NCBI RefSeq assembly: GCF_035084215.1
Contig: NC_090340.1
Coordinates: 15,500,001 to 15,564,000 of the forward strand
Reading direction: 5' to 3'
DNA length: 64,000 bases
Source of the DNA: Heptranchias perlo
Taxonomy: Eukaryota
Positions 48,458 to 59,329 of this stretch are shown here, piece by piece. The notes below the pieces were generated by a model, which was not told the origin of the DNA, searched no databases, and was given only the letters and a program-made list of their open reading frames with translations. Positions within the stretch are counted from its first letter, which is position 1. Every line of letters begins with the position of its first letter. The translations under genes were made by a program, and so were the position numbers.

Positions 48458-48759
48458 CTGAGAAGGACAGATGTAATGAAAGCATGTTCACAGTCTTTAA
48501 CCCATTGTTGTTGAGTAAGCGAAGAGCCAAACATTGACTCAAGCTGTTATTTTAATTTATAATATCTTTTCCCCTTTTAAATAAAGGACATCCCTGGGAC
48601 ATTCACCAGTCGACACATAGGTGATCTGGTCTCAGTCCAGTGTCAATGCTACTGAAACGTACATGAGTGGCTTACAGCAACACCCTCCAGCTCATTGGGA
48701 ATGCACCAGGTTTCTTCTCCCACTCTTCATCTGCGTGCTACCCCCACAGTAATATCAAG

Positions 48760-49140
48760 TGGCAGCACGAGCTCAGATTCCACACATATGCCAACAACAC
48801 ATAACTCTGTGTACCACCAGCACTGACTCCAGAGATTTTGCTGTGCTGTATGACTGCCTGTTGCAACAAGTCCGAGAGAAGCTGTAATTTCCTGCAGCTC
48901 AACACCAAGACTGATGTCACCTAGTTCGGCTCTGGCCAGCATCTGCATGCCGCCGACTCTATCAACCTCCCTGGCTGCAAATTCAGACCGAACCCAGTGG
49001 TGCGTAATCTCAGTGTTTTGTTCAATCTGTTGCCAAGACCGTTTTCTCCTGCCTCCAGAACACTGCCCATTTATGCCCTTACCTCACCCGATGTTACTAA
49101 ATGCTGCTCCATGCCTTCATCTAGTCACGGATTGATTTCT
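48760..49140 (+). mobile_element. Old L2 LINE RT fragment
   Basis: Degenerate 'FHTYANNT*L...NFLQLNTKT...VVRNLSVLF' resembling L2 'HCYADDTQLY...NFLQLN..KT...VRNLGVIF'. Confidence 0.6.
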
Positions 49141-49148
49141 GAAACAAT

Positions 49149-49334
49149 AGGGGCAATTTTAACCTAACCCAACAGTCGAGAAACTAACAGACCGGGTGTA
49201 ATGCTGGTTTTACACCCCACCCGATTTTACTCTCCATTGAAGTCAGCGGAGAGTAGTATCGGATGGGGTGTAAACCAGCGTTACAGCCGATTCTGTCAAT
49301 TTCCCGATAGGCGAGTTAGGTTGAAATTTCCCCC
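49149..49334. mobile_element. Palindromic MITE (related small MITEs at ~27610-27741, 28578-28747 and partial copies nearby)
   Basis: ggggcaattttaacctaac ... gttaggttgaaatttcccc terminal inverted repeats with internal symmetry. Confidence 0.7.
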
Positions 49335-49800
49335 AATGACCTCAATGGCCTCCCCAGTTTCACAAACATCATCTAATCAGGACTGTTCTTTATGGTTTAA
49401 TACTGCACCAGGACATGCAGTTATCCATTTAGGCCACTGGAACAGCTTATCGAATGTAAATTAAACCATTCATTGAAACTCACAGTACTGAATTCCACGC
49501 ATGCAGTACACGCGAGTAAATGTCTTTCAAATCACAGCCATCAGCAATCTCATCAGCTGAGATTGATGAATATTCCTTTATTTTGACCCTCTTGCCATAT
49601 ATCCTGCACAGTTTAAATTATCCTCAGGAGTCTGGGGGTAAAATATTTCCAAACAACAACAGTAGCTTCTAAAAGCAGAGCTTTAATATGATTATTTTAC
49701 TGGCCTCATTTCCAAAATGGCCTCATATATAATCAGTTCTGAAACCCCAATAGCACTTATTAACCTGCTAGATTTTGAAATATTTTTCAGTAAAGCTTAC

Positions 49801-50138
49801 TTCTTGGACTTTCTCCTGGCGCCTCATTTTCCTTTGTTCCAACCTTTTCTCCCTCGCTGCTCCCATCGCCTTCGTGATCTGTTGAATCAGATTTGATGTC
49901 TTTTTCAGTGCTAGAGCTTGCGTGTTCATTGACATCAGAAGCCTCCACTTCACCTTCCTCCTCCTCCTCCTTCTCCTCCTCCTCCTCATCATCATCCTCA
50001 TCATTCGACGCTGCGAGGAAATGCAGTTTTAAGCCAGTAAAATTGGATAGAAGGAGGAACATGGCCTCAGAACAAAACAGCTCCATACACTTGGCAAGAA
50101 TGTCAGGGAGGCCATCTTCCTCTGCTCGATCATAGCAT
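49801..50138 (-). CDS. OGFOD1: OGFOD1 coding exon (338 nt) including the acidic linker
   Basis: tttgttttatag|...|gtaagc; [42 protein letters not shown] followed by a D/E-rich tract. Confidence 0.95.
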
Positions 50139-51321
50139 CTATAAAACAAAGAGGTAATATTACAGGGCCGGTCACATATCTGAGAAATAAAAGGACCAGA
50201 TACCTCAATACTAACAAGGCTTGTTATTTATTTCAGTGGTTCCCGTCATATCTCAAAAGTCTGCAACATACCTGAACACCAACTGGGCTTCTCACATTTC
50301 TCAGTACTAAAAGGACCAGTCACGTATCTCAACATCAGCAGGATTGTCAAAGGATGCAGGCTGTGGCTGTGCCTTCAGTTGAGGTCCAGTGAGGATGGGT
50401 GTAAGATAGCAGGCAGACCATGAGCAGGAGGCTATGGCAAGGAGGGAGGCTGACTGCAGAATCAGGCTGGGAGAGGGCAGGGAAAGGCTGGTTGCAGTGT
50501 CGGGTGGGATTAGGGATGTTGGTATGCGATCAAACATGGACATTTTGTTTTCAATCTGATGGGTCCCCTGCTAATCACATAACTGATAATACAACAACAA
50601 CACGGTTATCATGGACCAAATGGTAAGTCTCAAAGGGCTCTATAACAGGTCATGACGCAGACATATACTCACACAGGGATAGGGTTTTTTCTTTAGATAG
50701 ATGGAGAGATAGATAGATAATTGCCCCCACCCCAACCCAACTGCTATAATCAAAAGCTTGTCTTTGCTTCTCAAGGGGTCTGCTGAACAAACAAAATGTT
50801 TTTGGAGGGAAGCACAATGTGTTATAGCAACAATGCATAGTACCACTGAGCAAAGGGAAAGATGCTCAACTGTACAACTGTGCAGAGCTCATCAACCATA
50901 CTGTTGCGGGGAATGAAAAATGAGAAAAAAGATAAATGGCAGGCCTATTATATAAGCCTAGCAACCTGCTGGTGGAGCCTCTGAGCAGGTTGCAAAGCCC
51001 ACCTTTTAAGTACATGGAGGAAAAAGGGAAAGATAGAGAAATTTCATAAAGGTTTAACATTTTTGAACTTATATAGTGCAGTGCAAACGATAACAGTTTT
51101 TTTCCCTAAATCGAGGCAGTGCTGTGACATTGCCGTTCTCTTCTGTTCCAGATTTAGACCTCCTTTATTTCTAGTATGATACAGGGTTACAGAAATGCCC
51201 TGCTGCATTTGCTCTGCAGGTGCTTATTGGGAAAGCAAACTATCAGTTAATTGTGCCTTTAATCACTCTGCAGCCTTAATATCCACGAGAGCCAATGTTG
51301 GCAGAGTTCTGATCGACCTAC

Positions 51322-51401
51322 CTCTTGTTGGCAGGTCCTCTTCTCTTCCATTTAATCTCCGGGCTATGTAAAGCCTCACACACCATCTGAAACTTTTCTT
51401 T
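51322..51401 (-). CDS. OGFOD1: OGFOD1 coding exon (80 nt)
   Basis: cacttatgcag|...|gtaggt; KEKFQMVCEALHSPEIKWKRRGPANK(R). Confidence 0.93.
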
Positions 51402-52134
51402 CTGCATAAGTGAAGGAAAATGTGGACATTACGTTCACATTCAGGGGTGCCAACACGGTAGCGGCATTTCCATTTGTACGGTACATTGCTGGTAAATAAA
51501 CACCATTTACTCCATCCAATACTGCATGGCTCATGTATTTCTTGGTATCAGCTTCCTTGCATGTACAGTACACATCAGGCAAAATACAAGTCACTCCAAT
51601 ATGGGACCACATAGTATGTGTCTTAATGTCAATTCTTCACTATTTACAATATACAGCAGGTAAAAGGCAATTATGTGCTCCCAATGCAATATAGTTTATG
51701 TCTCAGAGCCAAGTTCTACATGTAAACTGGTGTATGAGAAACTACTGCAACCCAGACACTAATGTTTAATATCTCTGCATGAGAGAGGCACCACTAGCTC
51801 CAAGATAGTTGATGGATTTCTCTATTTCACGCTAAGATTCAAGCAGACATTTCTAACCTTTTAGTATTAAGCCAATGCTACAGTTTGGGTTTTTACCAGC
51901 ACCTTTTCCCTCATTTAAGCATCTCACAACTTTCCACAAGCAGAAAACATCTTACAAACTGAAACTAGTCTCTGCTGCATCAAGTCAGCATAGCCCTGGA
52001 CTAACAATGATCATGGTAAACTGCTTACTGAAGAACACATAGGATGCCCGCTCCATCTCCTGTCACTTCAAAAGGTCGAAGATATTCACAATACTCAACC
52101 GTTTTATGTAGCTTGAACTATTGCCCAGCTTTAT

Positions 52135-53565
52135 TTACGGTGTCAAAATTCCCTAGATTCTGGAATGGTCCCAGTGGATTGGAAGGAAGCAAATGTGACC
52201 CCGCTATTCAAGAAAGGAGGGAGAGAGAAAACAGGGAACTACAGGCCAGTTAGCCTGACATCAGGAAAATGCTGGAATCCATGATTAAGGAAGTGGTAAA
52301 AGTGCACTTAGAAAATCATAATATGATTAGGTAGAGTTTTATGAAAGGGAAATCATGTTTGACAAATCTATGTGAGGTTTTTGAGGATGTAACTAGCAGG
52401 GTAGATAAAGGGGAGCCAGTGAATGTAGAGTATTTGGATTTTCAAAAGGCATTTGATAAGGTGCCACACAAAAAGTTGTTACGCTAGATAAGGGCTCATG
52501 GGGTTGGGGGTAATATATTAGCATGGATAAAAGATTGGTTAATGGACACAAAACAGAGAGTAGGAATAAACGGGTCATTTTTGGGTTGGCTGGCTGTAAC
52601 TAGTGGGGTGCCGCAAGGATCAGTGCTTGGGCCTCAGCTGTTTATATTAATGACTTATATGAAGGGACCGAGTGTAATGTATCCAAGTTTACTGACAATA
52701 CAAAGCTAGGTGGGGAAGTAAGCTGTGAGAAGGACACAGAGTCTGCAAAGGGATATAGACAGGTTAAGTGAGTGGGCAAGAAGGTGGCAGTCGGCATATA
52801 ATGTGGGGAAATGTGAGATTATTCACTTTGGTAGGAAGAACAGAAAAACAGAATATTTATAAATGATGAGAAACTATTAAATGTTGGTATGCAGGTACAG
52901 CAAACAATTAGGAAGGCAAATGGTATGTTGGCCTTTATTGCAAGGGGGTTAGAGTGCAAGAGTAAGGAAATCTTGCTACAATTGTACAGGACTTTGGGTG
53001 AGACCACACCTGGAGTACTGTGGACGGTTTTGGTCTCCTTATCTCAGGAAGGATATACTTGCCTTAGAGGAGGTCCAACAAAGGTTCACTAGATTGAGTC
53101 CTGGGATGAGAGGGTTGTCCTATGAGGAAAGATTGAGTAGAATGGGCCTATATTCTCTGGAGTTTAGAAGAATGAGAGGTGATCTCACTGAAACGTATAA
53201 TATTCTTAGAGGGCTTGACAGGGTAAATACGGATAGACTGTTTCCCCTAGCTGGAGAGTCTAGAACTAGGGGGGCATAGTCTCAGGATAAGGGTTGTGCG
53301 ATTTAGGACTGAGATGAAGAAGAATTTCTTCACTCAGAGGGTGGTGAATCTTTGGAATTCTCTACCCCAGACGGCTGTGAATGCTCAGTCGATGAGTATA
53401 TCAAGACTGAGATCAATAGATTTTTGGGCCGTAAGGGAACCAAGGGATATGGGGATCGGGCAGAAAAGTGGAGTTGAGGTCGATGATCAGCCATGATATT
53501 ATTGAATGGCAGGGCAGCGCAAGGGGCTGTATGGCCTACACCTGTTTCTATTTCTTATGTTCTTA
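52135..53565 (+). mobile_element. CR1 LINE (RT to 3' UTR), degenerate
   Basis: 'IRKANGMLAFIARGLE', 'RPHLEYCGRFWSPYLRKD', 3' tail 'tttcttatgttcttatg'. Confidence 0.92.
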
Positions 53566-53567
53566 TG

Positions 53568-53995
53568 TCAGCCTTGGCTCAGTGGTAACATTCTCACCTC
53601 TGATTCAGAAGGTTGTGAGATTTGAACCCATAATCTAGGCTGACACTTCAGTGCAGTACTGAGGGAGTGCTGCACTATCGGAGGTTCCGTCTTTTGGATT
53701 AGACATTTAACCGAGGCGCTGTCTGTCCTCTCAGGTGGGGGCAAAAGATCCCAATGCACTTGTTCAAAGAGAAGAGGAATTCTTTTGGTGTCCTGGCTAA
53801 CATTTATCCCTTAACCAACATTATTAAAAGAGATTATCGGGTCATCATCTCATTGTTGTTTGTGGGAGCTTGCTGTGTGCAAATTGGCTGCTATGTTTCC
53901 CTACATAACAACAGTGACTACACTTCAAAAGTACTTCACTGGCTGTGAATTGCCTTGGGACATCCTGCGTTCATGAAAGGCGCTGTATAAATGAA
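53568..53995 (+). mobile_element. Near full-length DeuSINE (tRNA head, Deu domain, L2-like tail)
   Basis: A-box-like 'tggctcagtggt', Deu core 'cagtactgagggagtgctgcact.tcggagg', tail 'gccttgggacatcctg...aaaggcgctgtataaatg' shared with the L2 end at ~63180-63240. Confidence 0.8.
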
Positions 53996-54239
53996 ATTAT
54001 AACAAACCGAATCACAGAAACAAAAACAGAGTCAAAATATTAACCAGCACATTCAGTAATTCGCTATATGTATAACAAAGATGCTAGTTTAAAGAAGTCT
54101 GCTATTCTTTCAGCTTGTTAGAAATTTGGTTCGGTCACAGATACTTTTCGGTTCAGTGGCGCCAATCGCTCATGTGAGTGGTCTGTGCCTCTTACTTTTA
54201 TGGGAGTTGACTCATACTGCCCGATATCTACTTTTTTTA

Positions 54240-54495
54240 AAATTCATTTTTGGAACATGGGCATCGTTGGCAAAGCCAGCCATGCCTAGTTGCCCTTGAA
54301 AAGCTGGTGGTGAGCCGCCTTCTTGAACCGCTGCAGTCTGTATGATGAAGTTACTCCCACAATGCAGTTAGGTAGGGAGTTCCAGGATTTTAACCCACTG
54401 ATGAAGGAACAGCAATATATCTCCAAGTTGGGATGGTGTGTGACCTTAGAGATGATGGTGTTCCCACGCACCTGCTGCCCTTATCTGGTATGGTA
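54240..54495 (-). mobile_element. 3' end of the second LINE family
   Basis: ORF 54286..54471 'KSWNSLPNCIVG...RLQRFKKAAHHQLFKGN'. Confidence 0.8.
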
Positions 54496-55198
54496 GTGAG
54501 ACCCAGGATTGTAACAATAGAATCCTCTTGCAATCCAGACATGTATGTATCACTTTTGCATTTGTGTTTCTTCAATCTCTCTGAAGGCAGACCAAGTTAA
54601 AGTAGATGAGGCAATTATTAGTTTTAATCCTTAAACTGCTCTGCATGCTTCAGTAGGTGAAATGTACGGAGGAATAGGTCGCTTACTTTAATTGATACAA
54701 CTCGGCTTCACAATGATATTAAAAAATGAACGCTATTCAACTTTGGTGCATCGTCTTACTTTAATCTAAACAGAAAAACCCCTCTGTATTCTGCCCTACA
54801 ATCCTGGGACAGAACCTCTTCTCCCTTCATTCTCTTGACTTTCACAGCCTTTTGCTGCCTGTGCAGTCGGTTTCCAAAAGCCAGGCTAGCTGTCGATGTC
54901 CGTGTCTCTTTATTTAAAAGCCTGACTCCAGTGTCAGCTTTTCGTCAAAAAAATAACAACCCCCTCCTCCCCTGCCAAGAGCAAATTCCACCATCATGCA
55001 AGACATCTGTTTATGATAAGCATCATTAAAATAAATCAGCAGTGAATGAAAAAAGACATCTCACACTGAAACAATGAAATGGAATCACTCCAAGGGCCGA
55101 TGTCACTGAATCACATCCATTATCCTGTTCATGCTCTATAAGCATTTTCTAAAGGGCTCTTGTCTTTCAACTGAATTAATCCCCTACTGAGCTCTCAC

Positions 55199-55312
55199 CT
55201 TGAAAAAATCCTTTAGAAACATCTCTGATCTCTCCTCGAATTCCTCCTGGATGTGGACCTGAGCTGACATATCCAGGTAAATCGGATTGATCCAGTCATA
55301 AAGAATTTGTTC
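55199..55312 (-). CDS. OGFOD1: OGFOD1 coding exon (114 nt)
   Basis: tatgtttcag|...|gtgaga; [38 protein letters not shown]. Confidence 0.95.
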
Positions 55313-55429
55313 CTGAAACATAATAAAAGGAAACATATATTTCACCTGAAACAAATGTAAGTAAACAAACAAACATAATAAAAGGAAACATATTTCACCC
55401 GCTCGATGTCACGCTGCCATACTGAGATC

Positions 55430-55812
55430 ACCCTGAGATCTGATCGAAGTTTAAAAGATATTAAGGGGAACAGATAGGGTGGACAGAGAGAAACTATTTC
55501 CGCTGGTTGGGGATTTTGGGAGTAGGGGGCACAGTCTAAAAATTAGAGCCAGACCTTTCAGGAGTGAGATTAGAAAACATTTCTACACACAAAGGGTGGT
55601 AGAAGTTTGGAACTCTCTTCTGCAAATGGCAATTGATACTAGCTCAATTGCTAAATTTAAATCTGAGATAGATAGCTTTTTGGCAACCAAAGGTATTAAG
55701 GGATATGGGCCAAAGGCAGGTATATGGAGCTAGATCACAGATCAGCCATGATCTTATCAAATGGGGGAGCAGGCACGAAGGGCTGAATGGCCTACTCCTG
55801 TTCCATGTTCCT
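55430..55812 (+). mobile_element. CR1 3' end
   Basis: 'DREKLFPLVG...RGHSLKIR...FYTQRVVEVWNSL'. Confidence 0.85.
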
Positions 55813-56414
55813 ACCCCACCACGTCAGCTTCCTGTTCTGTTCCAGTACTGCACTGTTGCTGGATGTTGTTTCTGCCACTATAGCACACAGCCTACAATTT
55901 CAGTCATTTTTTTCCACTTAAAAAAAAAATTGAATTATCCAACAGTTTGACTTAAGCGATATAAATAACACAGCAAAATGGGAGTTTGGTGTCAAAAACT
56001 TAAAATTAGCGGATAATTAGACTGTAGGCTGTTGCTGAAATAATGATGCAGTGGCTTTTTGAGGTGGAATTAGGGTAATGCACCATGTTGCACTCGCAGC
56101 TGCTGGTCGCAGTTTACAGGGCAGTATGGGCAGAGGCCTGTGAGTAGGCTAATGGCTTGGGCACAGTAGTTAGAGGCTTCTTAGTTGGGGAATGGTGTGT
56201 GGCACAAAAATTCCAACCTGCTGGTTAGTGAAAAGGTGTAAAATAAAATAGTAAAACAAATGATTTAATATAGCCTTATGCAGAAGAGGTTCTCCAATGA
56301 ATCTTCAATTTATAAAAGTAATCGATAAGCGTCCTTCAGGTGAGAGTGAAACATTTCTACTATCTCAGGATCAGCCTGCATCTCAAACTCAAAAATGATA
56401 ATATGTACCATAAT

Positions 56415-56816
56415 ACACCAGAATCATACCGGGGCTTAGAGGGAGAAATAAACTCAGCTTGTATTCCCTTGAGTATAGAAGATTGAGGGGTGATCGGATC
56501 GAGGTGTTTAAAATGTTAAATGGATTGGATGCGGAACAGCTGCTTCCTCTGCTGAGGGAATCACGAACGAGGGGACATAATCTTAAAATTAGAGCTAGAC
56601 CAATCAGGAGCGAAATCGGTAAGCATTTTTTCACACAAAGGGTAGCAGGAACCTGGAACTCTCTCCCCCAAAGGACTGTGCATGCTAGGAGCTTTCAAGA
56701 CTGCGATAGATAGACTTTTATTAGCCAAGGGTATCAAGGGATATGGAACCATAATCTAACTGAATGGCAGAGCATGCTGGAGGGGCTGAATGGCCTACTC
56801 CTGCCCCTATGTTCCT
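56415..56816 (+). mobile_element. CR1 3' end
   Basis: 'YSLEYRRLRGDRIEVFKML...RTRGHNLKI...WNSLP'. Confidence 0.85.
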
Positions 56817-57313
56817 AATTTTTTGGTGACTTTTGCATTAATTTAAGCGAGGGACGTCAGTGTTGGAAATGGAGTGCTTTGGATAACCATTGTCACCATC
56901 AAGCACTCTCAGATCAGGTATAACAGTTAGACACAGAGTGAAGCTTCCGATACTCTGCCAACAACATACCTCAGCCCCAGAAGACCCCTACTGCATCAGT
57001 GTGATTATTTCCATTTCCAACGCCAGCCGCTTTTGTGGTCTTTCTAACGAGTGCCAATTTGTGCCAAACGATGGAAGCATTTATACAATGGTTTATGTCC
57101 CAAGCTCATTGCATGTATTGTACAGCTGAAAGGAAGAGACGACTTTATCATCCTCATCTACCATGGACTGGATTGGAACCCAAGTCTCAGAGATGAAAGG
57201 GCAGTATGATAATCCACAGCAGCACTAAGTTCCCTCTCCAAAAGCATATTAATTTAATCAGAGTGAAACTTTGGCGTGCTGATTGTAACCGAGATGCTGG
57301 GATCTGAACTTAC

Positions 57314-57442
57314 ATCGCTTGCAATATGTGGGCATCGAGGAGAAAGAGGTTCGATGTAACGAGGTGGCCTCTCCAACAATGACCCGTGGAACCAGCCACT
57401 GACAGACAGACGACACTTTCCCTCCACCAGAATTTCAGACAC
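57314..57442 (-). CDS. OGFOD1: OGFOD1 coding exon (129 nt; 2OG-binding Arg region)
   Basis: cctgtccag|...|gtaagt; [43 protein letters not shown]. Confidence 0.96.
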
Positions 57443-59095
57443 CTGGACAGGTAAAGCATGCAGCGCAGCGTTAAGCATCAAATGCTAAAACCCAGCCAGA
57501 CATGTTACACACTGCAATGAGAACAAGCTACTTACTGCTTCATTAAATCACATTTCAATAAAGTGGGGTTTTTTTTAGCATTCCCAGATCATGAGCAACT
57601 TTTTCTGCATTCCCCCCCACTTCTGGCCATAAGAATAAAAAAGCACAAAGAAGTGTATTGTTCTGATACTTTTCTGTTTAGTAAACGATAAATACAATAG
57701 CTCCAACTGGTTGAGACAGATGTATCACGTTAGCCCACAAGTGGGGCGCGGGAGTTGAAGGTTGCAAGTTTGATAATGTTTGATTAATCCCCATGGAGTA
57801 CACTTGTTCTGGTTCATCTAGTTTTATGGGGTAGTTTTACACCATACATTTAGCTTTACTGCACAGCAATTTAAGTAGCCAAACCAACTTCCAGAATGTA
57901 GTACTATCTAGGCCATGAAAGATCGTTTAAGAATCAATGAAGCTAATGATAAAGCTGACTTCGTTTATTCATTGAAAAACTTAACACTTTGGCAAATTCT
58001 ACACTGCGAATTTCCTTATAAATAGCAAACCATCCCTCGGAATGAAATTCAAACAACAGCAATGCCTGATGTACCCTACTATATGGCACGTAAACCAGGC
58101 CAGTGGCAAAAGCTACACTTCACACTTTCAACATCAAATGGTGAATTTTGTGATTGAGTCTCCAATAAGGTGCTAGTCAGGTGGTGTATTAAAAACACCC
58201 GCCCAACCATTACTGGTCCCACCTGATTTTTCAACACCATTTAAATAGTGGGCAAGCTTCCAGTCAACAATGGGCCTGATAATTGGGAGTTCGCCAGGGG
58301 GCAGGGGGAGAAATCTTCTGCAAGCAGCCTTAAAGGGTTAAGTGGCTGGATACTGCCTTTACAAAGATTGCCAGTACTTTTAATGTATATTTCAGCATTT
58401 ACAAACATTGTTAAGGTTACAAAAATGGCTGGCAAAACCCACTGGGGGCTGACAGTAAAATATGGAGGCAGGAAACTGAATGCCTGGCCAAGAGATGGAG
58501 TGGGGCAACACTCCAACCCCCATTTGACAGCTAGTGAAGTGGAGGCAGTGCAAAGTGAGCTAAAAGTAAAGAGGACGAGCCTGCTTTCCACTCTAGGGTA
58601 CCATTCCCCCGGGACAGCATTGCGCATGCCTGGAAAGAAGCAGAGCATTTGGGACACAGCTAACCACTGACAGTGCCACCCTTTATGGTACACATTATCT
58701 ACAGCTTCCTTGCAACAGATGGTGCAGCTCTGTATCTGGCTCTCTGCGGACCAGGAACCTACGTAGTGAGTTCCACACAGTCATTGCCAGGCAGGGGATG
58801 GGCTTCTGTCTGTAAATATGGATGAACGCAGTCTGCCACAGGTATAGCCTGACCTCTGTTCCTGCTCTTTTTACATAAGTAAAGGGGAATTCGAAGTGGG
58901 AAACCCATTGTCCTAATATTATGGACATACTAAAATAAACATAGCAGCGCAGGAACACTTGGCACGAAACCCCCTGGCCAAGTCAATGGAAACCAGAACA
59001 AAGGTTCAGAAATACACTCTATATTATTTAGGCATAACTTCATTGTCCATGTTAAGTTACTGCCCAGCTTGTCCTGAACTTTGTCACATCTGTAC

Positions 59096-59187
59096 CTGAT
59101 GGTGAGACGTGGGGGAAACCTCAAAGAAAACTAATGTGTTCCACGAAGGAGTCAGAGACTTGGCAATCTGCTGAGGCTGATAATGTT
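59096..59187 (-). CDS. OGFOD1: OGFOD1 coding exon (92 nt; distal Fe-binding His)
   Basis: tcttttacag|...|gtacag; (E)[30 protein letters not shown]. Confidence 0.95.
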
Positions 59188-59329
59188 CTGTAAAAGACAA
59201 TGAATTCAGTTGCGTAATCATAAGACAGCTTGGAGGGTATTTTTATTTAATGCTAGTTATAAATTGCAATATCATTTTGTGTTCATTCCACTTTAGAATG
59301 TCAGATCAAAACTTCTATCCTCCAGCCTG

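Noticed and set aside
53568-53640. tRNA gene
   Set aside because: tRNA-like head of a SINE; no complete cloverleaf, and it continues into the Deu domain.
58241-58693. Overlapping 140-150-aa ORFs on both strands in an OGFOD1 intron
   Set aside because: No recognisable domain or splice support; probably decayed transposon sequence.
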